From: Mobula birostris
Lineage: Eukaryota
Length of the DNA: 64,000 nt
Assembly (NCBI RefSeq): GCF_030028105.1
Contig: NC_092372.1
Coordinates: forward strand, 137,646,058-137,710,057
Reading direction: 5' to 3'
Shown: in pieces, positions 37,200-50,035 of the stretch
Layout: each line of letters starts with the position of its first letter
How positions within the stretch are numbered: the first letter of the stretch is position 1
The notes under the pieces: generated by a model
Database searches by the model: none
What the model saw: only the letters and a program-made list of their open reading frames with translations
Told to the model about the DNA's origin: nothing
Translations under genes and position numbers: made by a program

Positions 37200-38055
37200 A
37201 AAGATGCTGGCATGCTTCCCTCACGTGCTGGGCTCATCACAGGTCACTCAGTTTGTAAACACCCAAGAATTTAAAGTTGCTCTCTCTGTACCACCAATTC
37301 CCCAATGTAGGCTGGCACATTTTTGCTGTGCTTCTCCTTCCTGAAGTCAACAATCAGATCTAGAAGTTTGCTGACATTGAACGAGAAGTTATTGTTGCAG
37401 CACCAATCAACCAGGTATTCTGTCTTGCTCTGGTAATCTGACTCATCAGCACCTATGATTCATCCAACAACAGTAGTGTCATCAGCAAATTCGAGGATGG
37501 CATTGTAGCTGTGCTTAGCCACACAGTCGTGAGTGTATAGAGAGTAGAGCAGGAGCTAAGCATGCAGCATTAAGATGCACCTGTGTTGATGCTCAGCAAG
37601 GAGGAGACATTGTTACCACTCCTCACTGATTGACTTCTGCCAATGATAAAGTTGAGTATCCTGTTGCAGAGGAAGTACAGAGGTACAGAGGCCTAGGAAC
37701 TAAAGCATTTTGATGAGTTTGGATTTGATAATTGTGTTGAATGCCAAGCCATACTTGATGAACAGCAGCCAGGTGTATGAGCTTCTGTTGTTCGTAAAGT
37801 TCAGAGTAGATTGAAGAGCTAAAGAAATCCCACCAGCCATTGACCTGTTGTGATGGTAGGCAAATTGGAGTGGATTCAGCTCACCTCTGAGGCAGGAATT
37901 GATTTATGGCATAACCAACCTTTCAAATCACTTCATTATAGTTCACGTGAGTGGCACTGGACAGTAGTCATTGAGGCAGTTTGCCATGCCCTTCCTGGAC
38001 ACTGCTACTGGTGCCTTTTGAAAGGGGTGACAACCTCAGAAGGAAGAGGTTGAAT
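37200..38055 (-). mobile_element. Rex1/Babar-like RT fragment
   Basis: LSSCSTLYTHDCVAKHSYNAILEFADDTTVVG on the minus strand. Confidence 0.8.
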
Positions 38056-38169
38056 ATCGTCCTCCAGCCGGAAACAATAGCGTTCAGGAATTGCTGAGTT
38101 GGAGTCAACATAACTTACATGTCTGGAACCTTGGTTTAAGTTGAACTATCACATAGGCTAGAAAGTTAG

Positions 38170-39330
38170 GATATTAAAACGGGAAATTATCTACTGAGTT
38201 ACCTTTGCAGGGAAGTGAAAACAAAACTTCCCTGAAAGAGTTAGAGATTGAGAGAAATAATTCACCAATATGGCCAGTCTGAACACATGATGGAAGTTGG
38301 AAATTTGTCATAGACTTTCGGAAACTAAATAAAGTTACTGTATTTACTGCCTTTACTATAGCCACAAGTCCTGAAATCATGATTAAGCAAATGCTTCCCT
38401 GTGCTGGACATAAATATTGGATTTTGGCCTGTTCCTCTGGAAAGGGAGTGTTAATCCAAACTTACTTTCACTTGGAAGGGACAACAGTAAGCCTGGACGG
38501 TCTAACTACAAGCGTTTCTTAACTCTTCCTCTATCCTTTTATCAATACTCAGCAAATGGGATGAACAGTTTTTCAACTCCCCCATGTCTAATCAAACATA
38601 TAGATGAACTGTTGTTACAGATAGGCACCCAGGAGGGGCACCAGCAATTTTTGAAAGAACTGCTGCAACTATTATAGGGATAGGGTTCAAATGTTAACTT
38701 CAAAAGAGTTCAAATCGTGAAACAGCTGGTTAGTTATTAGGGACAAGAGAAAGTCTGCAGTTGCTGGAAATCCATGCAACACACACAAACTGAGACCATT
38801 CAAAACTTCAGCTGTACTTTTTTCCATAGATGGTGCTTGGCCTGCTGAGTTCCTTCAGCATTTTATGTGTGTTAGTTACTGGGGACTAGATATGTCTCCT
38901 GGGAGACTAAAAATTGATAAACAATATGTGGATATAGTGGCAAACCTCCTCCCCATCACTGTGAGAGGGTTGAGGTGATTTCTAGGTTTGGGGAGGTATT
39001 GTCAGGACCTTACATATGGCTTTTCCACTTAAGGCACACACACTTCGGGAACTCTTGAAGGAAGGTGTTCCATAGGATTTGAAACTAGAATGTACTATGG
39101 TAGTATGTGATCTTAAAACTAGTCCGATGGAAGCACCTACTCTGAAGGCCCCAAAACCTTCCAAGACTTTTTTTAAGAGGTCGTTTCCACTAGTGGCACA
39201 ATTTCAGCTGTGTTACTCCAAGAGGCGCATGGCCAACTGGAGCCATTGGCGTATGCACCTTAGGTGCTTAATCTGATAGAAAATGGATATCTAACATATG
39301 GACACCAGCTGTTAGTGGTCTGAGGTGGGT
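38170..39330 (+). mobile_element. Degenerate retrovirus-like pol (RT plus tether/RNase H)
   Basis: NNSPIWPV*THDGSWKFVIDFRKLNKVT, VLDINIGFWPVPL, TFTWKGQQ, HIDELLLQ (YxDD position), EAPTLKAPKPSKTF. Confidence 0.8.
38744..38870. mobile_element. Short PLE terminal-repeat derivative inserted in the pol remnant
   Basis: CAAGAGAAAGTCTGCAGTTGCTGGAAATCC..CACACACAAA with inverse arm ..CCTGCTGAGTTCCTTCAGCATTTTATGTGT; 15-bp imperfect TSD. Confidence 0.8.
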
Positions 39331-40164
39331 TCATGAGGGAAGAAATGTTTCCTCATCTCAGTTCTAATCAGTCTAACCCTTTTATTGAAACAGTGCCTTG
39401 CAGTCTTAACTCTGACCTAGTTTAGTATCATGACTGAACTTGGAAATGTGACGTTAGGTCCCCTCAGCCACCTATTTGATATAAATTGTGGAAAACTTGG
39501 GTGCAAACACTGATCCCAATAGGACTCAGCCTCTCACAGGCTACAAACCTGAGAACAATCCATACAGTCTGTAAACAATTCTCAACTAATCATTAATTGA
39601 ACATCTGAATTAATGATAAATTATGTATGGAATATTCTCATAATAATTTGATATGCTTGGTTATGTTGATGGTGTTTTAGAGTCTGCCCATGCATGAGTT
39701 AATCTTTATTTTTCTCACTCAATTTTTTTTAGAAAGTTAAAAATTAGACAGCTGGCTTTATAGCTGTCCAACTGAATGGGAGTGGAAATCTGATAGAGTG
39801 TAAACTAGCTGTGCAGTGTGACCACAGCCCATGTTTAACATCCAAGCTTTTCTTGTTATCAAAATAATAAAAAAAACAGCTGCTGAAAGCTGCATCTATA
39901 GAACAGTTAACATTTTGAGTTGAGATCCTGGTTCAGAAATGAGAGTCTAAAGGGACAATAACCCTCCAGAAAATCATGAGGTGAGATGTAAAATGAGAGT
40001 TGGCAAGGGATAGATGAATCTAGATGTGGAGGGTTTGATTTGCAGTAAGAACTAGGTGGGGGATGGGAGAGTCAAGTTATATATGGAGGAAGGAGGTAGT
40101 TTGCGGCGATAATAAAGGCTGAAGATAATAGAATCTGATAAGTAAGGAAAGTGATAAATGGAGA

Positions 40165-40790
40165 CCGATTACGCTACAACCGTCAGACTCCTGGACCGAT
40201 GTGGAAAACTTCACTAACCATATGTCTGAACTGATTTCATAACCCACAGACTCAATTTCAAGGACTGTACAACTCATGCTCACAGTGTTATTTATTATTT
40301 ATTTGCACAATTTGTCTCCCTTTGCACATTGGTTGTTTGTCAGTCTTTGTTTATGTATTTTTTTCATAAATTTTATTGAATTTCTTTATCTTTCTGGAAA
40401 TGCCTGCAAGAAAATCAAGGCAGCATACAGTAGCATTCATATATGCTTTGGTCATAAGTTTGACTCGACATTCTTTGACTTTGTTTACTCTGCTGAGGAA
40501 TTTAAGACGGGGGCACAGTTTCAGAATAAGGGACAAGCCATATAAGACTGAAGTGGGGAGAATTTCTTTTCACTCATGTTGGTTAACCTTTGATGTTCTC
40601 TACCTCAGAGTCCTGTGGAACTTTGTTCAAATCAGTGGTACATTTCTGGGCATTAACGATATCTAAGGAATGTAGGGATAGAGTAGGAAAATGATATTAG
40701 TAAAAGATCAGCTGCAATTTTAATGAATGGCAAAGCAGGTTTGAGGGGTTGAGTGGCCTAATCTTTCACCTATTTCTTATGTTTTATACA
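40165..40790 (+). mobile_element. Rex/L2-like 3' end followed by a CR1 3' end
   Basis: TTTGAC-type tail near 40480; then GHSFRIRDKPYKTEVGR and a TTCTTATG tail. Confidence 0.65.
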
Positions 40791-43609
40791 GACAAAACTG
40801 CCTCAATTGGCATATATTTTTGATAAAACTTTATGCTGTTATAGAAAGAATTTCCTTTCTGATGCTAAATCTTATTCTTGTCTTTTCAAAGGGTATTACT
40901 GTAGCGTTTTTATAATACTTCAATGATGTCACAATGCACAAATAATGAAACATGTATCATAGATTGCATTCAGTTCACAAAGTATTATTTTTTCACTCTT
41001 GGATTCAAACATATGAGGTTCATAACCAAATACCGTCTTGGAAATGGAAGTTTTGTTGATATGATTTCAAGATTCTGTCATAATTGGTAGGATGTTTGAT
41101 AATATCAGTAATTGATATTGTCTGTCACTGAGTGTTATAATTGACTATGTGACTGAGTTGATCAGTATGTGTTATAATTGGGCCAGTAATAGTGTAATGA
41201 GCAACGGATGTGTTTAAATGAATGCTCTTGGATTGATGTGAGGCTGACGACATACACACCCATTCAGCACAGGCCAATGGGGAAGCCAAATTTGTGCAAA
41301 GACCATTAAACTTAGTAATTGCCTTTAAATGATGTGCTACAATTGGAGCATCTGAGCTGTTTCAGCTCCATGACAGTTATTTGGAATTAAAACTCAATGG
41401 AGGAGATCATTAAAAAAACATGGACAGCAGGACCCTTTGTTTGACCTTAACCCGTGCTTCTCATAATGTGAGAAATAGAGCACTACTGAATAATGCAAAT
41501 AATCTGATGCATTTTTTCCTGGTATGGTTCAGGCTAACTTGAACTGTTCAACTAGAGCTCAGTGAAAACTGAATCTGGTTAGGTGGAAACTTTCCACAGA
41601 GTTTTTTATTCATTAAGTCAACAGATATCGTCTGTAGCGTGGGATCTTTGTAGGTGTTGGTTACTGCTGGATTTGTGGCTCTTACTAGTCAGAAAACTGA
41701 CTACTTTTACAAGTGCATTATTACTCAGTGCAACAGACTGCAAAGATGTGAATAGGCTGGAACAAACCTAGGATATGACTGCAGCATTCAGGACTTGATT
41801 ACTCACAAACTCCAAAAATAGGCTGTTAACAGTTACTGCACTAAATTTAATGCCCCCTATAATAGACAGCAATGAATTGTAGAAATGACAATGAGGGATT
41901 AATGTTCAAATTGAACATCAATTCCTGCTAATTGCAGCTTTTCAGCTAGACAGACATCTGGATACTAAACTACAGCAACACCTGAAAGAGAATCTGAGTG
42001 AAGCAAGGTATATTGTTGAACTTGGCAGAATGGGGCTTGTCTATTCTGGTCGAGGTAAACTTTGATTCACCAGCAATTGATCTCACTGCCGCTGAAAATT
42101 AATTTTGACAAGATTGGAATCACTTTCCTTTATTTTGCAATTATATAAGAAATGTGAGCTTTATTTTAGTTTTTCTTTCCTTTTTCTCTCTCTCTTTCTT
42201 AATCCAATCTTTTTTTGTTGATTTTGTCTTCTGTTCAAGATTTGACTGTGAACTAAATATTTCTATGAGCACCTGTGGGTTTAGAATGTATAGCTTATTA
42301 TATTTCTTCACTGAACCAGTTTAATTGACAAACAGTTAGTTGTTCTATTCACACAGGTCCCAGAGCTCCAGCATAAGAATAAATTCTTAATCCATACAAA
42401 TACCTTAAGTGGTTCCAGAGCAATTAACAATATAACAAAGATCTGATAGTTTAACTGGTCCATTATGTTTTGTTGCTAAAGAATCTCAGAATTTGAAGCC
42501 AGAATAATGTCTGTTCTGGTCCTGAATTAAAATGTAACAGTATTAATTTCCAGTTTAAAATGTTTCCAGCTATCATCTGTAGGCTCATTATAATATGTCT
42601 GAAATGTATACCAACACATAGACCTGTAGCTCCTGCTTATATATTTTTGGAGCTTAATCCTGTCACCATCTTTCATTTGGGATTTTCTCATCTTTAGTTA
42701 TTGTTCAACAGAAGACTTACTTCTCTTGGCAGTGGCTTTCAGATGAAGGCACTGTTCACAGTCAGATGATTATTAGACTGATAACTCCTTATTTCTCTAA
42801 TGGAATTGATAACTTAAAATAATTTCATGAGTGCAACAGGGTCTAACAAATAGAAAATGATGGAAATAGTTAGCAGATAAGGAGACATCTATGGAGAGGG
42901 ATAGCATTTTAGATCAATATCTTTTCAAGGATTATGACAAGTGGCTGTCAGTTTTGCAGGACAATTTTGTTATATTATTGCAATGAAAGTTCATTCACGA
43001 AAAAGCTCTGATTGTAATTTATTTCAGTTTATAGTTATGCCATCTCCATCATGGGGACTAGCCTCCGACCATTGAAATCATCTTCAAAAGGTGGCATTTC
43101 AAGAAGGTGGCATCCATCATCAGATACCCTCACCATTCATGTCGTACCCTCTTCACGTGACTGACAAAAACGATCATGATAAGGAAATGTCATGGTGATT
43201 TTCATGATCAGAAGCCTAAAATCCATAAGATGCACCCAAAAGTATTCAGGAATATTTTTCACCCAGTGTTATTTTACATATTTCAAACATGTATGATTTC
43301 AACTGTCATCAGCGTAATGATGTTATCAAAATATTATGTGGATTATCTTCATTACAGGCTGAGTGATATTTCGTTTTCAGTTTCTCCAGACTTGCAAGCA
43401 ATTAATTGCGTAAAGTGTTGTTGTTGCTTTAAAAGAAACTAGAGCAGCAGGAAATTTGCACATAGTCAGTAGGTGGCAGCTGAATCAATTGGTTTTGCTA
43501 GTGTTTCGGGTATAACCAAACAATAAGCACCAGTGGAATTATCTGCACCTCTTTCAAATGACAGCATATTTGACAACACAACATTGTCTCTGTAGCGGAA
43601 GGTCAATTG

Positions 43610-44082
43610 TAAGAGGCCTCTGTACCACCTCCTGATTGTAGCAATGAGAAGAGGGCATGCCCTGGATGGTGAGTATCCTTAATGATGGACAACACCTTCT
43701 TGAGGCATCACCTATTGCAGATGTTCTCAGTGGTGGGGAGGCTAATGCCCACGAACTGTCTCAATTTACAAATCTCTGCAGTTTTTTCTGATCCTGTGCA
43801 GTAGTGCCTCCATATCAGACAGCGATGCAATCGGTCAAAATGCTCCCTAAAGAAATTTGCTGGAGTCTTTGCTAACATACCAAATCTCCTCAAACTCCTA
43901 ATGAAATATATCTGCACATGTGTCTTAGTCATGACTGCATCAGTATGGTGGGCCCAGGATAGGTCTTCTGAGATGTTGACATCTGGGAACTTGAAACTGC
44001 TTACCCTTTCAATTGCTGACCCCTCGATGCAGACTAGTATCTATACTCCCATCCCCGTCCCTCCTGAAGTATATCACCATTA
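43610..44082 (-). mobile_element. Rex1/Babar-like LINE fragment
   Basis: YFIRSLRRFGMLAKTPANF; similar to 54440-55463. Confidence 0.75.
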
Positions 44083-44435
44083 ATGCAATTGGCATGCTTT
44101 CCTTCATCAGTCAGTTTTAAATAGAAAAATAGGGGAGTTATGTTGCAGTTGTATAAAATTTTGCATAGGCTACATTTGGAGTATTTTATACAGCTCTGAT
44201 CATTACATTACAGGAAAGATGTAGAGGCTTTGAAGAGTATGTTGAAGATGTTCACCAGGATCTTACCTAGATCAGAGAGTATTTGCTACAAGGAGAGGTT
44301 AGGCAAACTTGCAATGCTTTTTCTGAAGCATTGGGGGTTGTTGGGCGACCTGATCGAAGCATATAAAAGTAAGATAGATAACTGGCAAAGAAGGCAAAGA
44401 CTGACAGGAGGCAAAGAATGGGCTTAAAGAGAGCC
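44083..44435 (+). mobile_element. CR1 fragment
   Basis: KMFTRILP..YKERLGKL..GDLIEAYK. Confidence 0.7.
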
Positions 44436-44700
44436 TTTGTACACAAAATGATGGAGGAATTAAGCATGTCAGGCAGCATCTATGGAAATGAATAAACTGT
44501 CAATGGTTTGGGCAGAGACCCTTAATGAGGACTGGAAGATGGAAGATGCCAAAATAAAAAGGTGGGAGAAGGGGAAGGAGGACAAGCTAGAAGGTGATAG
44601 GTGAAGCCATGTGGGTGGGAAAGGTAAAAAGCTAGAGGAGAAGGAATCTGAAAGGAGAGAAGAGTTGGCCATAGGAGAAAGTGAAGAAGGAGGGGCACCA

Positions 44701-45186
44701 ATAGTTTTTTCAGTAGTTCCATTTAATATCAGAAAAGTGTACAATAACATCCTGACATTCTTGTTCTTCACAGACACGCACAAAAACAGAAAATTGCCCC
44801 AAAGATTGAGTGGCAGTTAAAATGTTTGAACTTCAAAGCCCCCTTACTCTCCCCTCCCATGCACAAGCGGCAGCAAAACAATGACACCCACACCCCCACC
44901 CAGCTCTGCTGAAAGCATCAACATCCTCTACCCACCAAGCAAGCAATAGTAAAGCCCCCAATAAAGACCATGATCTACAGAATAACAAAAACTAATTGTT
45001 CACTAGACAACTCAACATAGCACAGGCTCTCTCCCTCCCTAATAAAGGAAAAATAGGTGACCCCTTTCACAGAGAGAGGGGAAACATAAGAAAACAACTC
45101 ACTGGTTTATGGTGTTTAAAGTCTTCTGTGCCTCTTTTTTATCTGGGTTCTCCACCTGGAAAATTGGCAACAATCTCTCACTCACC

Positions 45187-45223
<37 letters not shown>

Positions 45224-45545
45224 TTTGTTGAGTACAGTGCTTCCAACAGCTAATCTACTGTTCCTGATCTTCTGTTCCCTCCCACAACACCTCAGTCGGT
45301 GCCAGTTTAGAATCAGCTCATCCACAGGGCCGCGAAATCCTGAAGCCACCCTCATCTTCTAGGCTGCATCCTTGGGATATCGAAAAGCAGTTGACCATGA
45401 GCCACCAGGACCGGGTCCCACCACAAGTCTGAGTGTAGCTCCTGGTCAGGGTCTTCAACAGAACCCCATCCACCCCGAAAAGGAAAACAAGAGACATCAA
45501 AGGTAGAAATTGAGCTGCATCGCAATTTAGTGCCATCATTACTCC
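44701..45545 (-). mobile_element. Non-coding insert within the PLE (probable non-autonomous LINE derivative)
   Basis: Interrupts the PLE 3' region between CACCA motifs; minus strand starts GATGGCACTAAA; contains (GA)n. Confidence 0.55.
45190..45218. repeat. (GA)n microsatellite
   Basis: Direct reading. Confidence 0.95.
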
Positions 45546-48500
45546 ACCTCACCAGGGGAAAGTAATAGGCAGGTGAGGAGAAGAGATAAGAAGAAGAGGG
45601 AAGGAGAGTGAAAAAGAAAAAAAAGAGAAAAATATACCAGAAGGAGAAATCGATGTTCATGAAATCAGGTTGAAGGCTACTTAGATGGAATATGAGGTGC
45701 TCTCCACCAACCTGAGAGTGGCCTCAACTTGGCAGAAGAGAGGCTGTGGACCCACATGTCAGGACGGAAATGGGGTTCGGAATTTAAATAGTTGGTCACC
45801 AGGAAATTCTGCTTTTGGCAGATAGAGCAGAGATGCTCAACAAAGCTGTCCCCCATTTTAACCTGCATCTCACCAATCTAGAAGAGAATATAACAGACAA
45901 TCCCAACAAATATGCAGGAGAGGTATTGCCTCAGCTGGAAGGATTGTTTGTTCACCTGAATGAAGGCGTGGGAGGATGTGAGTAGGCAGGTGTAGCATTT
46001 TTGTCGAGGCAGCAATTAGTTCCAGGAGGGAGATTAGTAGGGAGACATGAATGGACAAAGGAATCACGAAGAGAGCAATCCCCGTGGAAAGTGGAGATTG
46101 GGGTGTGGGAGGTAAAGGTGTGTTTTGTGATGGAATCCCACTGAGGGTGCAAAAGTTACAGAGAAAGATGGGGTAGTAGATAAGGATGAGAGGAACTCTA
46201 CCCTTGTTAGGGTGTTGGGATGATGGAGGTGAGCGCAGATGTCCAGGAAATAGAGGAGATGTGGGTGAGAACAGCATCAATGCGGATGAAGGGAAACCCC
46301 ATTCTTAAAAGAGTGAGGACATCTGGAAAGAAAATACTCGTCCTGGGAACAGATGTGGTGTAGACGAAAGGACTGAAAACATGTTATAGTATTTTTACAG
46401 GAGACAGAGTGGGAAGTGTGAAGATAGCTGTGGGAATCAGTAGGTTGATAAAAGATGCTGGTAGACAGTTTGTCTCCAGAGGTGGAGACAAGGCTACCCA
46501 CTGAACCTGGAGAAAGTAGGAGGAGCCAAAGGAAAAAGTGTTGAGGGCAAGGACCGGTTTTGCCAAATAGAGGAGGGTAGTGGTGGAGGGTAACTGGTTG
46601 GGTCTTTGTCGAGAAAGAAGTGGGGTGCTTTAAGGCCTTTTGTTGGGGGATAGAAGTGTTTAGGGAATGAACATCCATGGTGAAAATGAGGCCAGAGAAC
46701 TGTTGAAGAGAGAGAGAGCATGTGAGGTGTTGCAGATGTAGATGGGAAGGGACTGAGCCAAGGGAAATAGAATGGAATCAAGGTCTTTGGACTTGAGTTC
46801 AGTGGGGGGTGGGGAGCAGGCAGAGAAAATGGGCTTAACTACACCATCAGGTTTGTGGATCTTGGGTAGGATTAGAAGCAAGCAGTGTGGGGTAATGGAA
46901 CCATATGTTTGGTGGCAGTGGATGATGGTGCAGGAGATAGTGGCCTAATGGTCCAGAGTGAGGTCCCTTTCAAGGGGTAAGGAACAGGAGGTATCTGAGA
47001 GCTGGCACCTGGCCTCAGAAGGTAGAGGTCAGAATAGCATCCCCTTGGTCTGTGGGTATAATGGTAAGGTTGGGATTGGTGCAGAGGGCAGTGCGTTCAG
47101 AGGGGTAAGGTTCGAAGGCAGAGAAAAGTGCTGACATTGAGCCAGTTGATGTCTTGTTGGCAATTAGAGATGAAATAATCCAGAGCAGGCAGTGAACCAG
47201 AGTGGAGAATCTGAGAAGAGGAGGAGGGTTGGGGTCGGGAGGAGGGGTTATCGGTGTGAGACGGGGAATTCTTACCAAAGGAGTGGGCTCAGAGACGGAG
47301 GCAATGGAAGACGAGCTCAGCATCGTGGCAGGAGTGGAACTCACTGAAGTGTGTGGGCAGAGGGGGACAAAGTTAAGTGCCTTGCTGAGGACAGGTCTTT
47401 CCACCTCAGAAAGGGGAAGATCGTAGGGAATGGTGAAGACACTGCAGGGATTAGATCTAGAATCAGAGGGGGTAGGAGAGTTAGTAGTGTCTGTGGAAGG
47501 GTGAGGCTTGGGGTTTCAGGGAAGGTAGGTTGGGAGGAAGATGGAGGCTCTGAAGACACAATAGGAGACAGGGGAACCTAAGAGACCCAGGGTTGGAGAG
47601 TGGTGGTAGGGGAAGCAGAGCCCAGGGGCCCAGTGGCAGTGAGGAAGGTCTTGACCTGGAGGTGTTGGTATCCAAGGGAGGGGCTGGAGACAGAGCTAGA
47701 GGCCATGTAATTCCCAGTCTGTTGTTGGATCCGGAGTTGGAGATGGCAGGATCGGAAGTCTCGAGGCATCTGATCAAATTGAGGTATAAGAGGGAGGCAG
47801 CATGAGCCACAATCTGGAGTTCTCTATAGCTATCAGAACTGGAGTGGGAGACAGCAGGATCCACAGCTTGCAGATGAGCGGTCTTCCAATTCTTCCTGGA
47901 TGCGAGGAAGGCAAAGAGCCAGCGATTGAATGCGTGGATTTGGCAGAGGGTGAAGTATCAGAGTGGTCCATGGCAGGCAGAGGAGAGTGAGGACCTGAAC
48001 TCTCAGCCCAGAGGTATCTCTGTATAGCAGAGAGGGTGGCACATAGAATTTGGAGGGAAAAGCAGCAGGAAATGCGGGCAACTGAATGCAGGGACTTGGG
48101 ATCCTCAGTGGGTCCAAACTAGGAGACCTGAAAACATTGCTGGAAGCCATGTGGAACAAAATGGCGGCAAAGACTAGTTCCCAGGAAGGATACATGGATG
48201 TGGTAGCGGGACTGGGTGAACACTTGGTCGAAGAGTTGGTGGGCAGCAGAGATCACAGAGGGTGAGCAGTGAGAGACAACTTCACTGAGCTTCAGTCGAA
48301 GAGAAGATTTAAACTTTTTCAGGGTAGGCATCCCTAGAAGAGACTTTGCAGTGGAGCAGCAAATCATAAACATGAGAGATTCTGCAGATGCTGGAAATCC
48401 AAAGTAACACACACAAAATGCTGGAGGAACTCAGCAGGTCAGACAGAATCAAGGCCTTCTTAACATTCTAGTGTGTGGAAACCTGAGACCCTGAGAGTAT

Positions 48501-48889
48501 ATTCCCTGAACATGGTCTTGCGCAAGGACAAAAAAAATATCAGTTTAAAAATACAGACCAAAGTGAATAATTCGGAGCAAAAGGCAGTAGTCAAGATAAG
48601 ATGGGCTTGGAGTAACAGCAAAGTAGAGTCATTCCTGGTGACAAGGAAGTTCATGAGCTCCTTGCACATGCTGGGGGTGGACAGGGAATAGACAGGAAGG
48701 ACAGTTGGAGAAGATCGCACGCAACTGTAAAAAGAAGGTAGGATGATGTGATAAGCTGAACTTTGCCAGACTGCAGCAGGCCCAATTTTATATAGAAATC
48801 TGAAAAGGTAAACCATTTCTTAACCATATTTATCTGTATCATTTTGAATAAACCAACTGAGAGCTTTTCTTTAGCAACGGCCAGGGCGG

Positions 48890-50035
48890 GGGAGAATAGT
48901 GGCCACATAAGAGAGTTATCCATAAGATAATGATGTATGGAACTGGGTATAATATATTAGCACGGATAGAGGATTGGTTAACCAATAGAAGGTAGTGAGA
49001 TGGGATAAATGGGTGTTTCCTGGGTTGGCACACAGTAGTGAGTAGAATTCTACAGGGGTTGGTGCTGGGCCTGCAACTGTTCATGATATAAATTAACAAT
49101 TTGGAAAAGGGAATTGAGTGTAGTGTGTCTACAAGTAAGTTTGCTGATGACACAAAATTGAGTGGAAAAGCAAAATGTCTGGAGGATGCGGTAAAATACA
49201 GATAGGTGAGTGGGTGAGGGTCTGGCAGTTGGAGTACAATGTTGGTAAATGAGAGGTCGTTCACTTTGGAAGGAAGAATAGAAGATCGGATTATTATATA
49301 AAGGTGAAAGATTTCAGGGTGTTGTTGTGCAGAGGGACTTGGGGGAGCTTGTATATGAATCACAGAATGCTGGTTTACATGTGCAACATGGTATCAGGAA
49401 GGCAAATGGAATGTTGGCCTTCACTGCTAGAGAAGTTGAATTTAAGAACAGGGAGGTTATGCTGTAACTGTACAGGGTACTGGCGAGGTCAATACCTGGC
49501 TTACTGTGTGCAGTTCTGGTCTCCGTACTTCGTGAAAGATATACTGGCTTTGGAGGCGGTGCAGAGGAGGTTCACCAGGTTAATTCCAGAGATGAAGGGG
49601 TTAGACTACCAGGATAGATTAAGTCGCCTAGGACTTTACTTACTGTAGTTCAGAAGGACGAGGGGTTATCTTATAGAAACATACAAAATTCTGAAAGGGA
49701 TTGATGGGTTAGGGGCATGGAAGTTATTTCCGCTGGTAAGTGAGAGTAAAACTAGAGGACACTGCTTCAGGATTCAGGGGAATAGATTTGGGATGGAGAT
49801 GAGGAGAAATTGCTTTTTCCCAGAGAATAGAAAATCCGTGGAATTCTCTGTCTAGGGAAGCAGCAGAGGGTACCTCATTAAATATACTTAAGACTCGGTT
49901 AGGTACATTTTTGGATAGCAGGGGAATTAATCTTTATGTAGATAGAGCTGAGTCCATGGCCAGATCTTACTGATAGGCAGAAAACACGAGGGGCCAGCTG
50001 GCCTACAACTGCTCCTATTTCTTATGTTCTTATGT
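48890..50035 (+). mobile_element. CR1 LINE 3' part
   Basis: SKFADDTKL, YCVQFWSPY..LEAVQRRFTRLIP; TTCTTATG tail. Confidence 0.88.

Larger units (their letters stand above)
44440..48446 (-). mobile_element. Near-complete degenerate Penelope-like element with terminal repeats
   Basis: Direct repeats ACACAAAATG(C/A)TGGAGGAA..AGCA.GTCAG at 44440 and 48411. Minus-strand remnants ERPVLSKALNFVPL, LPKIHKPD, MDVHSLNTSIP, LSTSIFYQPTDSHSYL, FRLHHICSQDE, MGDSFVEHLCSI (GIY-YIG region). Confidence 0.88.
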
